DNA of 64,000 bases from Nitrosopumilus sp. (GTDB lineage: Archaea; Thermoproteota; Nitrososphaeria; Nitrososphaerales; Nitrosopumilaceae). The position numbers and the translations under genes were made by a program. The DNA lies in NCBI GenBank assembly GCA_963667665.2, contig OY763927.2:1248001-1312000 (forward strand), given 5' to 3'. This document shows, piece after piece, positions 9,653 to 19,734 of the stretch; positions within the stretch are counted from its first letter, which is position 1; the number at the start of each line of letters is the position of its first letter. The notes below the pieces were generated by a model, which saw only the letters and a list, made by a program, of their open reading frames with translations, was not told the DNA's origin and did not search any database.

Positions 9653-10726
9653 CAAAAGTCTAGCACCATCAGTAACTACTGTAACTTTTTGTTTTGCACC
9701 TTGTGTTTTGAGAATATAGTCCAGGGAATATTTTATACCTTGCAAAGAAATCATGTTAAGTTTCTTTGCATAAAATTCTGGAAGAATTGAAACTAGACTA
9801 ATTTGAAAATTCTTTTGAACTTCTGAAAGAAATAACAAATCTTCCATTCCACTAATGTATTTTGTAGGATTTTGGAGTTGTTCTAAAGTTAATCTATCTT
9901 CAATGTATTGTTGAATAGCATCAGAACCTAAACCACCTTTACATTCAGCCACTAAAATAGCAAGACCATCTTTTTTGATTGCATTAGAACAATTCCAAAG
10001 TGAAGAAAAAGATTTTCCTAGATTATCATTACTTGCATCTTTACCAGTACTAATTATCATTGTTTTATGTTGACCTATATCTTTGATTGAATGTGATTCC
10101 ATAATTTTAGTTGTAGAAATAGTTTCTGAAGGATGACCTATAGAAAAATCAATTATGCCTTTAGAATTTGCAATTATTTCAATTCCTTGAATTTCAAAAT
10201 TATTTGTGAATTTTTTTGCTTCATCTAAACTTTCAGGATATTGACCGGGTGTTGGAAGATTTCCTTGTCTTTTTGCATATGCTGAAAGCATTGATTCTAG
10301 ACCAAATTTTTTGATAAGACGAGTAGAAATGGTTTCATAACCAAATAGTCCATCAAATTCCATTTCAGCCATAAATACAAGATTAGAATTTGAAATACCA
10401 ACATCATCAAATTCATTAATTGAACTTCCTTCAGGTAATCCTGCTTTGACTAAATTTAGAATTTTTTTATCAGTTAGAATTTTTGGAAAAGGTTTTGATT
10501 TTTGCTCACACAAAGTAAACAATGATGAAATAATTTTTTGAATAGATTTTGAATTATGTAAAACTACAAGTTCCATTGGTTTTGATAAATCAAGTGTATT
10601 GAGTTTTTCATTAATCATTGAATCTTCCAAAATTTCACCTTCAGAATCAATTTTTTGCTCTAAATTCTCTGCTCTTATATCCAAAACAACGTCTGTAATA
10701 CCATAATTTAACCAAATTTCAGGCAT
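9644..10726 (-). CDS. Lactate-racemase (LarA/DUF2088)-like protein, degenerate
   Basis: N-terminal LNYG..V.L.I..ENL and C-terminal KKDGLAILVAECKGGLGS resemble the LarA family. Confidence 0.6.
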   Translation of the reverse strand: MPEIWLNYGITDVVLDIRAENLEQKIDSEGEILEDSMINEKLNTLDLSKPMELVVLHNSKSIQKIISSLFTLCEQKSKPFPKILTDKKILNLVKAGLPEGSSINEFDDVGISNSNLVFMAEMEFDGLFGYETISTRLIKKFGLESMLSAYAKRQGNLPTPGQYPESLDEAKKFTNNFEIQGIEIIANSKGIIDFSIGHPSETISTTKIMESHSIKDIGQHKTMIISTGKDASNDNLGKSFSSLWNCSNAIKKDGLAILVAECKGGLGSDAIQQYIEDRLTLEQLQNPTKYISGMEDLLFLSEVQKNFQISLVSILPEFYAKKLNMISLQGIKYSLDYILKTQGAKQKVTVVTDGARLLLR

Positions 10727-10776
10727 AATTCATAGATAATACAAACCAAAATAAATCCAGTGTAGTTAATTTTGGT

Positions 10777-11382
10777 ATGGACTTTGTTAAAGAGTTTGCA
10801 ACATTTTTGCATCAAAATGGCATTATAAAATTTGGAGACTTTACACTTGCTAGTGGAAAAAAGAGTTCATACTATGTAGATTTGAGACTAGTTCCAAGCT
10901 ATCCCCATGAATTTAGAAAAATGGTAAAATATCTTGAAAATGAGATTGTACAAAATATTGGATTAGATAAATTTGATTCTATTGTTTCAGTACCAACAGG
11001 TGGTTTGGTAATTGCATCAGCATTAGCTATTGAAACAGTCAAACCACTAATCTATGTAAGAAGTAAACCAAAAGATTATGGGACTTCAAAATCAGTTGAA
11101 GGAAAAATTCATGATGGAATGGAAGTGATCATGATTGATGATGTTGCAACTACTGGTAGTTCAGTTGCAAATGCAATAAAATCACTAAAAGAAGTCAATG
11201 TTTCTGTAAAAGATGCATATGTAATTGTTAATAGAATGGAGGGAGCAGATGAGGCATTATTGGAATTAGGAGTAAAGATGTATTCAATTCTAAATATTTT
11301 ACAAATCACAGAAGTATTGTACGAACAAAATCTTGTTGATGAGAGTACTTTAGAAAAAGTGAAAAATCAAATTAGTAAATGA
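10777..11382 (+). CDS. pyrE: Orotate phosphoribosyltransferase
   Basis: FGDFTLASGKKSSYYVDLR, KDYGT and IDDVATTGSS PRPP-binding motif. Confidence 0.95.
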   Translation: MDFVKEFATFLHQNGIIKFGDFTLASGKKSSYYVDLRLVPSYPHEFRKMVKYLENEIVQNIGLDKFDSIVSVPTGGLVIASALAIETVKPLIYVRSKPKDYGTSKSVEGKIHDGMEVIMIDDVATTGSSVANAIKSLKEVNVSVKDAYVIVNRMEGADEALLELGVKMYSILNILQITEVLYEQNLVDESTLEKVKNQISK

Positions 11383-11494
11383 GTTTTGGCAGCTCAGACA
11401 AATGCCTTCCAATCATCATTCAGATATAACTCTGATTCTTCATTGCAGCCAGTAAATTTTGGATTTGCTTGTTTTAAAACTAATGGAAATTATA

Positions 11495-11568
11495 TGGGCC
11501 CGAAGGGCTTCGATCCCTTGGCTCACCGGTTATGAGCCGGTTACTCTACCAAGCTGAGTTACGGGCCC
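11495..11568 (-). tRNA. tRNA with CAT anticodon, most likely tRNA-Ile2 (agmatidine-modified) rather than Met
   Basis: Cloverleaf GGGCCCG...ACCGG CTCATAA CCGGT...CGGGCCC-A; GGGCCC acceptor typical of archaeal Ile tRNAs; lacks initiator A1:U72. Confidence 0.85.
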
Positions 11569-11609
11569 TAAGCAGATGAATTTTTTCTCAGATATAAAAT
11601 GTTATGAGA

Positions 11610-12242
11610 TTAACAGTATTCTTCATAACAACTATCAAGCAACAAGTTTTGTGCAGAAATAGATTTGTCTGCAATTTCAAGCAAGTTGTTAGAGTCAGTT
11701 GAAGATTTTTCTAGTATATTTCTCCATGATGCAGTATGTCTAATGTCAGCTTCTGTATGGAGTTTGAAGTATTCTGTCGCTTCATCACTAGTCATTCCAT
11801 AGAATTCTGCTAATCCATCAAGTTTTGTTTGACTGATTTTAGGAATTTCTTTTTCAAAAGCATACATTGCACATGAACCACCCTCATAGGTATTCATTAA
11901 TTCATTCAAATCAGAAACAGCCTTACAAGTTTTGGTTAATCCAGTGTATGAAGTTAATTCATCTTCAGATACACCAAGCTCGACTGCAAAGTCGATCCAC
12001 AATTGTACATGATCAGATTCTTCTTGTTGGTTTGCAATTAATTCACTAATTACAGAATCAGGTGCTTTTTCAATAATTGGAGTCATAAAAGATGGAACTG
12101 CTTTTACAAGTTGAAAATATTCTTTAGAATAACCTGCCAAAGATTCCTGTGTTAACTTTCCATCAGACCACATCTGGTAAAATGGATGTTTAAGTAAACT
12201 TCGTTCTTCAATCATTTCATCAATTCTTTTTATTATATTCAT
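11610..12242 (-). CDS. CADD/TenA/PqqC-like heme-oxygenase-fold dimetal protein
   Basis: LLKHPFYQMWSDGKLT, EESDH, YAFEKEIP and HTEADIRH metal-ligand pattern as in Chlamydia CADD. Confidence 0.8.
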   Translation of the reverse strand: MNIIKRIDEMIEERSLLKHPFYQMWSDGKLTQESLAGYSKEYFQLVKAVPSFMTPIIEKAPDSVISELIANQQEESDHVQLWIDFAVELGVSEDELTSYTGLTKTCKAVSDLNELMNTYEGGSCAMYAFEKEIPKISQTKLDGLAEFYGMTSDEATEYFKLHTEADIRHTASWRNILEKSSTDSNNLLEIADKSISAQNLLLDSCYEEYC

Positions 12243-12321
12243 GTACCATCTCCAAATTTGCCAATAAAAAATCTTTGTGGTTTACAAAAGATTTTATGGA
12301 CAAAATACTGAATTTTCTTGG

Positions 12322-12415
12322 GTTCCAGTGGTGTAGACCGGTCAAGCATTTTGCCCTTTCAAGGCAAAGATCCCGGGTTCAAAATCAAACGATGAAAATC
12401 CCGGCTGGAGCACCA
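12322..12415 (+). tRNA. tRNA-Glu(TTC) with a 15-nt intron in the T-loop (59/60) and encoded CCA
   Basis: Acceptor GTTCCAG/CTGGAGC, anticodon arm TTGCC CTTTCAA GGCAA, T-stem CCGGG/CCCGG enclosing 22 nt that fold into a bulge-helix-bulge; intron 12384-12398. Confidence 0.88.
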
Positions 12416-12429
12416 AGATTTAATTACTA

Positions 12430-13308
12430 TTGAGAAAGTTTTTTGATCAGACCATTTTGGATAGAAAAAATATTGAGATTAATCCTCTACTTGAGACATA
12501 TGGTAAATATATTGAAAAAATAGATCAGGCTTTAAAGAAAGAACTAGATCTTTATTCTGAATCGGAATTCATTGAACCACTAAAATATTCCTTAGATGGA
12601 GGAAAGCGAATCAGACCTATTATTTTGACCTTGGCTGCTGAAAGCGTGGGTGAAATTGATGAAAATATATTTTCAGCGTCATGCGCTGTTGAATTTTTAC
12701 ATATGGAATCAATCATTCATGATGACATTATTGATAATGAAACAATGAGAAGACAAAAAGATCCTTTTCATATCAAATATGGATACAACACAAGCGTCCT
12801 TACTGGAGACTTTGTTTTAGGATTAATTCTTGCAATATCTTCTAGATTAAACAATCCAAGAATTACAAAAGATTTGGCTACTACTGCTATGTTAATGAGT
12901 GAAGGAGAAATGATTGAAAGTAGATTAGAAACTAGTGAAGATGTTACATTTGCAGATTACCTCAAAGTAATTGAATACAAAACAGCAACTGCATTTGAAG
13001 TTGCAGCTAGAATAGGTGCAATTATTGCAAATGGAACAGAAGAGCAAATTGAGGCATTAACGAGATATGGAAAAAATATTGGAATTGCATATCAAATTAG
13101 AGATGATTTGCTAGATTGGAAAAATGAAGACAAATTGTTTAATTTGTTAATCAAGAAAAGTGTAGACCCAAGAGATGTTTTTGACAAAATGGAAGATATG
13201 TTAAAAGAGTATTCTGAAAAAGCGAGATCTCATTTAAGAAAGCTTCCAGAAAATGATGCAAAAATAAATCTAGATAATTTAATTAAGTTAACTTCGTTTA
13301 AGGCGTAA
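12430..13308 (+). CDS. Polyprenyl diphosphate synthase (trans-IPPS, GGPP synthase-like)
   Basis: GGKRIRP, FARM HDDIID..MRR, YKTA and SARM YQIRDDLLD; start uncertain by about 10 codons. Confidence 0.92.
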   Translation: MRKFFDQTILDRKNIEINPLLETYGKYIEKIDQALKKELDLYSESEFIEPLKYSLDGGKRIRPIILTLAAESVGEIDENIFSASCAVEFLHMESIIHDDIIDNETMRRQKDPFHIKYGYNTSVLTGDFVLGLILAISSRLNNPRITKDLATTAMLMSEGEMIESRLETSEDVTFADYLKVIEYKTATAFEVAARIGAIIANGTEEQIEALTRYGKNIGIAYQIRDDLLDWKNEDKLFNLLIKKSVDPRDVFDKMEDMLKEYSEKARSHLRKLPENDAKINLDNLIKLTSFKA

Positions 13309-14782
13309 AGTCTGAACTAATTACTGGAGTTGCAAATTCTACAAATTGCATAAGTGGTTCTGGGAATACACCAAATCCAATCAAGAAAATCATTGAGAAG
13401 ATCATTACAGCAATAATTGGTTTTGATTCTTTAACTCTCTTCTGTGTTTCTCCTTCAAAGTACATCTTTCTGGTAATCCAACCATAGTAAGCAAGTGATA
13501 ATGCACTGTTAAGTACACCAGCTATTGCAAGCCATGGTGCCCACCATAATGTAGAACCAGCATCTAGTGCACTACCAAACAACATCAATTTACTCCAAAA
13601 TCCTGAAAGTGGAGGAACACCAGCAAGTGCAAATAGTGAGATAACCAAAGCTAGGGCAGTAATTGGCATTCTTCTTCCAAGTCCCTGTAGTTTATCGAGA
13701 TGAGTTACTGCAAGAGTTGTTACAATTCCTGCAATTGCAATAAAGGCCATACCTTTCATTACTGCATGATTTAGAATATGGTACAGTGAACCTTGTAAAC
13801 CAAGGGAACTATGAGGTGCAACTGCTAGTCCAATCAAAATGTATCCAGCGTGCGCTATGCTAGAATATGCCAACATTCTAGTGAGATTCTTTTGCATGAT
13901 TGCAGCAATATTACCAATAGTCATCGTCATTACTGCAAGAACACCAAGAGCTAATGTCCAATCAAGATTTAGAACAACTATACCAAGAACAATAATTCTA
14001 ATTGCTGCAGCAAATCCTACTTTCTTTGTTCCTGCTGCAAGAAGAGCAGCAATTGGTGGTGGTGCTCCCTCATATGTGTCAGGAAGCCATTGGTGGAAAG
14101 GTACGAGTCCCATCTTGAATCCAAATCCTGCAATAAACATTCCAACTGAAAGTAAAGCAAGTGGTAACAGAGACGGATCAAGTGTTGAATAACCTTGAAT
14201 TACTTCTCCAATGTTTGTAGAACCAGTTAATCCATATGAGATTGAAATTCCGTAAACTATGATTGCAGATGATAATGCACCAAACAAGAAATATTTTAGA
14301 GCAGCCTCATTAGAGCTTGGATTCTTTTTAATAAATCCAACCAACATGTATGTTGGAAGACTCATGAGCTCCCATGCAACAAATAGCATTACCAAGTCAG
14401 TAGAATATGCTACTAACACCATACCAATTGTTGCAAGTAGAATTAGAGAATAGTAAACAGCAGGAGAGTTATGTTTTCTCATGTAATTAAAAGAGCCAAC
14501 AGTAGTGAACAAAGCAACAATTAACATTGCTATTGCAAATAATCCACCAAAGGCATCATCTACAAGTACATCTTCTGAGAAAAGTGCAGCCGCTGCTACA
14601 TTATCATTAAGGAACTGGTATCCAACATAACCCATTGATACAATTAATGCTGCAAATGCAATTACCGCATAAAATGTGTTAGAACCTTGTTCTTTTCTTG
14701 CAATACTAATGATTGGAATAAGAATTCCAACGGTTCCAAGAATCGCCATTATTACCAGTGGGGTAGAAGTAATTTCTAACAT
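13298..14782 (-). CDS. nuoN: NADH-quinone oxidoreductase subunit N
   Basis: EAALKYFL, FKMGLVPFHQWLPDTYEGAP and RMLAYSSIAH; last gene of the nuo operon. Confidence 0.95.
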   Translation of the reverse strand: MLEITSTPLVIMAILGTVGILIPIISIARKEQGSNTFYAVIAFAALIVSMGYVGYQFLNDNVAAAALFSEDVLVDDAFGGLFAIAMLIVALFTTVGSFNYMRKHNSPAVYYSLILLATIGMVLVAYSTDLVMLFVAWELMSLPTYMLVGFIKKNPSSNEAALKYFLFGALSSAIIVYGISISYGLTGSTNIGEVIQGYSTLDPSLLPLALLSVGMFIAGFGFKMGLVPFHQWLPDTYEGAPPPIAALLAAGTKKVGFAAAIRIIVLGIVVLNLDWTLALGVLAVMTMTIGNIAAIMQKNLTRMLAYSSIAHAGYILIGLAVAPHSSLGLQGSLYHILNHAVMKGMAFIAIAGIVTTLAVTHLDKLQGLGRRMPITALALVISLFALAGVPPLSGFWSKLMLFGSALDAGSTLWWAPWLAIAGVLNSALSLAYYGWITRKMYFEGETQKRVKESKPIIAVMIFSMIFLIGFGVFPEPLMQFVEFATPVISSDFTP

Positions 14783-14792
14783 CTCATATCAC

Positions 14793-16889
14793 CTATATCA
14801 ACAATATCAGAACTACGAATAGTAATCCTGCTCCAAATACGAATAGATAAGATTGTGAGACACCAGTTTGCGTTCCTTGGACAACTTTAGCACTCCAACC
14901 AACTGCTTTCTGGAATCCATCGTTCATACCATAATCTATAGCTGTCTTTTCAAAGTATCTGAATACACCTCTTGATAACCATAATGGTGCTGCAACAAAG
15001 CACCAGTATATGATGGCGTTAAGATACCATCGATTTAAGAGAAATTTATGAATTCCATAAAAGAATAGATTAGAGTTTACAAATTTTACAGGATCAACCC
15101 ATCTACCAATATAGAAGATGTAGCCTAATCCAGCACCTATTGCAAATGCTGCCAATGATGAACCAACTGCAACAGGATTAAGTCCTTGCAAGAATTCTGG
15201 TAGAATTGATGATTCATTTGCATAATGTTCAGTGTGAATACCAAAGGAATTTTCAAGATAATCTACAAACGTATGGTGAAGTCCTTCTTCGAATGATAAT
15301 CCAATAAGACCAATTCCAATAGTTAGAACTGCAAGAATTCCATATGGAATCCACATTGATAATGGTGCTTCATGGATATGGTGTCCTTCTTCTTCCATCT
15401 TTTCGATGTGTTTGCTCTTCTTTCCAAAGAAGACCAGTCCCATCATTCTCATAGTATAGAAAGCAGTAATGACTGCAGTAAATACAGCAATTGCAAACAA
15501 TGGAATTGCCCATTCATTTCCAGATTCATAGACTGCTGCAAAGATTGCATCCTTACTCCAGAAACCTGTTGTGATAAATGGAGCACCCATTAATCCAAGA
15601 CCAGCTGCCCACATGAATGCATATGTTTTCTTCATCTGTTTTCTCAGACCGCCCATATCTGTCATAAATCGAGAGCCAACAGTATGCAATATAGCACCAG
15701 CTGCCATGAATAATGAAGCTTTGAACATTGCGTGTGAAATTAAATGGAAGAATCCTGCAGTGTAGCCATCAACATATTGATAAGATAATCCTGCAACACC
15801 TAATGCCATCATCATGTAGCCAATTTGAGAGCCGGTAGAATAAGCAAGAACTTTCTTTATTTCAGGATTCACCATTGCTTGTGTTGCAAGTAATAGTGCG
15901 GTAATTGCTCCAATCCAAGCAATAATCTCAAAGAATTGATCAGCAAGAATTCCTGCTGCTCCTAATGCAAATACAAGAGGACCTATTCTTGCAACTAAGA
16001 ATACACCGGCCTTTACCATAGTAGCTGCGTGAATCAATGCAGAAACAGCAGTAGGGCCAGTCATTGCTTCTAACAACCATTCGTTTAGCGGGAATTGTGC
16101 TGATTTTCCTACAGCTCCTCCAAAAATTAAAACAAACGCAGGAACCAAAAGCCCTTGAGAGGCCATTGTAACGGCCCATTCTGTATCTCCAATTAATTCT
16201 TTGAATCCAAAAGTATCTGCATACACAAATATCAAGAGCATACCTGCAATCATCATTACATCACCAACTTTGGTCATGATGAATGCCTTCATACCAGCAT
16301 GAGTTGGAGAATAGTAATCTAACATGCCAAGAACTGTACGTCCTTCAGTACCAACATGATCTTTCTTTTTATCGCGATACCAAAAGCTGATCAATGCATA
16401 TGACGCAAGACCTACACCTTCCCATCCAAAGAATACTTGAAGTAAGTTATCAGACATGACAATTAATTGCATTGAACCAATGAAGAACATCATCCAGAAC
16501 CAGAATCTTGTAATGTCTTTATCGCCTTTCATATATCCTGTACTGTAAATTAAAATGAGAAATGAAATCCAGCCAACAACATTTGACATTATAATGGAGA
16601 GTGGATCTGCCAAGACACCGGCTTTAAGACCAAGTGATTCTATCCATGGAATTTGATGATGTATTTCACCGGCCTCTAAAACAATTGGTATCATTGATGC
16701 TGCAGATAATGTGCTCATCAAAGCAAATCCAACTGCAATATAACCAGTTGCGTGTTTTGATAAGTGGCCAGTTCCGTATTTTGATAATTTAGCAATTCCA
16801 GGTATGATTAGAGCTGCTGCAAATGGAAGAATCCAAACTAACCAAGCACTAGTTGCTCCAATTTCAAATCCCATTAATTCAGTTGCCAT
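14793..16889 (-). CDS. nuoL: NADH-quinone oxidoreductase subunit L
   Basis: GKSAQFPLNEWLLEAMTGPTAVSALIHAATMVKAG and HAMFKASLF. Confidence 0.95.
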   Translation of the reverse strand: MATELMGFEIGATSAWLVWILPFAAALIIPGIAKLSKYGTGHLSKHATGYIAVGFALMSTLSAASMIPIVLEAGEIHHQIPWIESLGLKAGVLADPLSIIMSNVVGWISFLILIYSTGYMKGDKDITRFWFWMMFFIGSMQLIVMSDNLLQVFFGWEGVGLASYALISFWYRDKKKDHVGTEGRTVLGMLDYYSPTHAGMKAFIMTKVGDVMMIAGMLLIFVYADTFGFKELIGDTEWAVTMASQGLLVPAFVLIFGGAVGKSAQFPLNEWLLEAMTGPTAVSALIHAATMVKAGVFLVARIGPLVFALGAAGILADQFFEIIAWIGAITALLLATQAMVNPEIKKVLAYSTGSQIGYMMMALGVAGLSYQYVDGYTAGFFHLISHAMFKASLFMAAGAILHTVGSRFMTDMGGLRKQMKKTYAFMWAAGLGLMGAPFITTGFWSKDAIFAAVYESGNEWAIPLFAIAVFTAVITAFYTMRMMGLVFFGKKSKHIEKMEEEGHHIHEAPLSMWIPYGILAVLTIGIGLIGLSFEEGLHHTFVDYLENSFGIHTEHYANESSILPEFLQGLNPVAVGSSLAAFAIGAGLGYIFYIGRWVDPVKFVNSNLFFYGIHKFLLNRWYLNAIIYWCFVAAPLWLSRGVFRYFEKTAIDYGMNDGFQKAVGWSAKVVQGTQTGVSQSYLFVFGAGLLFVVLILLI

Positions 16890-16892
16890 ATT

Positions 16893-18446
16893 CTAAACTC
16901 CCAAAACCCCACTCATGTACGGAATTATTGATTTATAGAATATGTCAGGATAAATCCCCAACACAATAGAAAATCCTGCTAACACCATCATTGGTGCAAC
17001 CATGTACCAACTTCCTTCTTTCACATTTTCAAGATGTTCAGGAGTTTTACCAAAGAATACACGCTTTAGCATCCAAAGAAGATAAGACATTGTAAGAACT
17101 GTTGCAACAAGACCCAAACCAAATCCCACTGCTCGAAGTGTAGAACCTTCTTCAAGTGCAGTCTCTAATGCGCCAGCAAAGAGAATCCATTCTCCCATGA
17201 AACCGCTGGTTGGTGGTACGCCCATTATAGTCAAGGCACCAATTACTGCACATACTGCTGTAATTGGCATCTTGCCAGCCAATCCTCCAAGTTTTGAAAT
17301 ACTTCGGGTTCCGACTTTAACGATAATAATTCCAGCCATCATGAAGAGAATACCTTTTCCAATAGCGTGTGTTACATACATCATCTCAGCACCCGTAAGA
17401 CCAAGTACAGAAATTGTACCAATACCAAACAAGAGATAACCCATTTGGCTGATACTAGAGTAAGCAAGAAGACGTTTCAAGTCGTCTTGCATCAACGCCA
17501 TTGCACCGCCATAAATCATTGTAACAAGACCCCAAATGTAGAACCATATTGAAAGGTCAGCAAATGTAGCAGGTAAGAATTCAACAATTAATCTGAACAT
17601 ACCATAAATACCAATTCCAATCATGGCTGGAGACAACAATGCACTAATTGGTGTTGGTGCAGCACCGTGGACATATGGGAGCCAAATGTGAAACATAAAG
17701 ACTGCTAGTTTAACACCAAGACCTAATGCAATCGCAACTGCAGAAAGCATTGCAATGTCTTGAGGAATTTCTGATTCATTAATATCTGCAAAGTCAAAAC
17801 TTCCAACACTAAGACCAATCATCAAAAAGCCTAAAAGTAAAACAACTGCACCTGAGTGAGTCCAAAATAAGAACATCAAACCAATCTTTCTTCTATTACC
17901 TGCACCCCAAAGAGCAACTAAGAAGAAACCTGGAATCAACATGATCTCAAAGAATACAAAGAATTCAATCAGGTTTGTTGCAAGAACTGTTCCAAGCATT
18001 CCCACTGCAAAGAGAAGATAAAGTGCAAAGTATAGTCCAGATTTGGCATTTACATAATTGGTAAGAGCAGCTGATTCAACAACTGCAGTTTGTCCGCTTC
18101 CAGATGGAGTGATGTTTTGTTCTTCTTCGAATTGATGGTGGAATATGTGAATCATATATGGTTTTGAGTAAAGAACCAAGATTGTAGATAGAACGTAAAT
18201 CATTATTGCAAATGGTGATGCTAAACCATCTAACAAGAAACCAAACTCACCAAACTGGGTTGTCCATGGATAATGCTCTTCTACAGTTCCAGAAAGTGCA
18301 GCATTAACTATTAGAATTGTTGCATAAAGCAGAATTGCAAATGTAAACCACATTACAGGTGTAGGACCAAATTTTCTTCCAATAATGTATGCGACTGGAG
18401 CTAACAGTAGAGGCAGTATAACTGCCTGCAATAATGCATATTCCAT
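16893..18446 (-). CDS. nuoM: NADH-quinone oxidoreductase subunit M
   Basis: HIWLPYVHGAAP, DLKRLLAYSSISQMG and GFMGE. Confidence 0.95.
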   Translation of the reverse strand: MEYALLQAVILPLLLAPVAYIIGRKFGPTPVMWFTFAILLYATILIVNAALSGTVEEHYPWTTQFGEFGFLLDGLASPFAIMIYVLSTILVLYSKPYMIHIFHHQFEEEQNITPSGSGQTAVVESAALTNYVNAKSGLYFALYLLFAVGMLGTVLATNLIEFFVFFEIMLIPGFFLVALWGAGNRRKIGLMFLFWTHSGAVVLLLGFLMIGLSVGSFDFADINESEIPQDIAMLSAVAIALGLGVKLAVFMFHIWLPYVHGAAPTPISALLSPAMIGIGIYGMFRLIVEFLPATFADLSIWFYIWGLVTMIYGGAMALMQDDLKRLLAYSSISQMGYLLFGIGTISVLGLTGAEMMYVTHAIGKGILFMMAGIIIVKVGTRSISKLGGLAGKMPITAVCAVIGALTIMGVPPTSGFMGEWILFAGALETALEEGSTLRAVGFGLGLVATVLTMSYLLWMLKRVFFGKTPEHLENVKEGSWYMVAPMMVLAGFSIVLGIYPDIFYKSIIPYMSGVLGV

Positions 18447-18751
18447 TATCCTTTCAGGCTCCTAAAGTCTGCAATATCGACATTTTGATACATACGATAA
18501 GCCACAATAATTAATGAAAGTCCAACTGCTACTTCGGCTGCTGCAATTGCAATTGAGAATAATGCCAAAGTCTGACCTCCACTATCAGGTATGAATCTAC
18601 CAAATGCAACAAGGTTAAGATTTGCAGCATTGATAATTATTTCAATTGCAAATAACATTCGAATAAAGTTACGTTTTACTGCAAGACCGTAAATTCCTAT
18701 GCCCAAAAGAGCAACAGAAACAAGTGTAAAATCAATTAGTTCGTTGGCCAT
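18446..18751 (-). CDS. nuoK: NADH-quinone oxidoreductase subunit K
   Basis: RNFIRMLFAIEIIINAANLN and AAAEVAVGL; start at MANEL. Confidence 0.93.
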   Translation of the reverse strand: MANELIDFTLVSVALLGIGIYGLAVKRNFIRMLFAIEIIINAANLNLVAFGRFIPDSGGQTLALFSIAIAAAEVAVGLSLIIVAYRMYQNVDIADFRSLKG

Positions 18752-19244
18752 CTTCCACATCCACTCGTCTAGCTAAAACTAATGCACCAGTTACAGTACT
18801 TGCTAAAATTAAACCCATCAAAATTAATGCAGGCCAATAATAAATTACAAAGTCTGCACCAATATCTCTAAAATTAACTGGTGGTTCATCAGTAGTTATT
18901 GTTTTGATTCCAGAATCTATGAAAACTGCACCTAATGACACCATTATTATAAGCATCAAACCAATTCCTGCGAATTTTCTTCTCTTGTCTTCAATTTTTT
19001 TGAAGATGAGTTCTCTTTTTACCAACATGACAGTAAATAAAATTAAAACTGCAATTGAACCAACATAGACTGCAAGTTGAAACAATGCAACAAATGGTGC
19101 ATCTAACAATAAGAAGAATCCAGCAATTCCACCAAGAGAACCCATCAAAGCAATTGAACCGTAAATTAATGATCTCATTTCAAGTGCAGCAATTGCAGAA
19201 CCAATTGTAATTACAGTTAATGCAAGAAAGGCAACATCAGCCAT
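18732..19244 (-). CDS. nuoJ: NADH-quinone oxidoreductase subunit J
   Basis: FQLAVYVGSIAVLILFTVML; start at MADVA. Confidence 0.92.
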   Translation of the reverse strand: MADVAFLALTVITIGSAIAALEMRSLIYGSIALMGSLGGIAGFFLLLDAPFVALFQLAVYVGSIAVLILFTVMLVKRELIFKKIEDKRRKFAGIGLMLIIMVSLGAVFIDSGIKTITTDEPPVNFRDIGADFVIYYWPALILMGLILASTVTGALVLARRVDVEDGQRTN

Positions 19245-19734
19245 GTGATGCACCTCTATCAGTAATTATGATTTCACTATCTTGTGCAACGTATGGTTTT
19301 ACTTGAAGTTGAGCAGGAGTGTAGATTAATCCTTCTTTAGAAAACGAAGAAAGTTCATAGTCATTAGTCATGTATAGTGCATAAAATGGACATGCATCAA
19401 CACAAAGACCACAGAAAACACATTTACCATAATCAATCTGAGGCATGATTGCTTTCTTGTTGTGTTTATGTTCTTCTGGAACCTTTACCATTGCAATTGC
19501 TTCAGCAACTCCTTCACATGCAATAGAGCACAATTGGCAACCAGTACAATGATCATGAAATAACAGATGACGCCCCTTTAGTCCTGCAATTCCTACACCA
19601 GTTGAAGGATCAAATTGATATCCATCACCTACAAACTTTAGTTTCTCTTCAGGATAACGAAGCGTAAATCGCTTTATTGCAAGATGTTTAATTCCAGAGT
19701 TTAATGCACGAATAATACCTGTAGCAGTTCCCAT
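19237..19734 (-). CDS. nuoI: NADH-quinone oxidoreductase subunit I
   Basis: TLRYPEE, two CxxCxxCxxxC motifs and YELSS. Confidence 0.95.
   Translation of the reverse strand: MGTATGIIRALNSGIKHLAIKRFTLRYPEEKLKFVGDGYQFDPSTGVGIAGLKGRHLLFHDHCTGCQLCSIACEGVAEAIAMVKVPEEHKHNKKAIMPQIDYGKCVFCGLCVDACPFYALYMTNDYELSSFSKEGLIYTPAQLQVKPYVAQDSEIIITDRGASHG

Noticed and set aside
11394-11489. Start-less open frame FPLVLKQANPKFTGCNEESELYLNDDWKAFV* just downstream of the CAT tRNA (possible integration scar)
   Set aside because: No start codon, no recognisable homology, and no duplicated tRNA 3' end or integrase in the window
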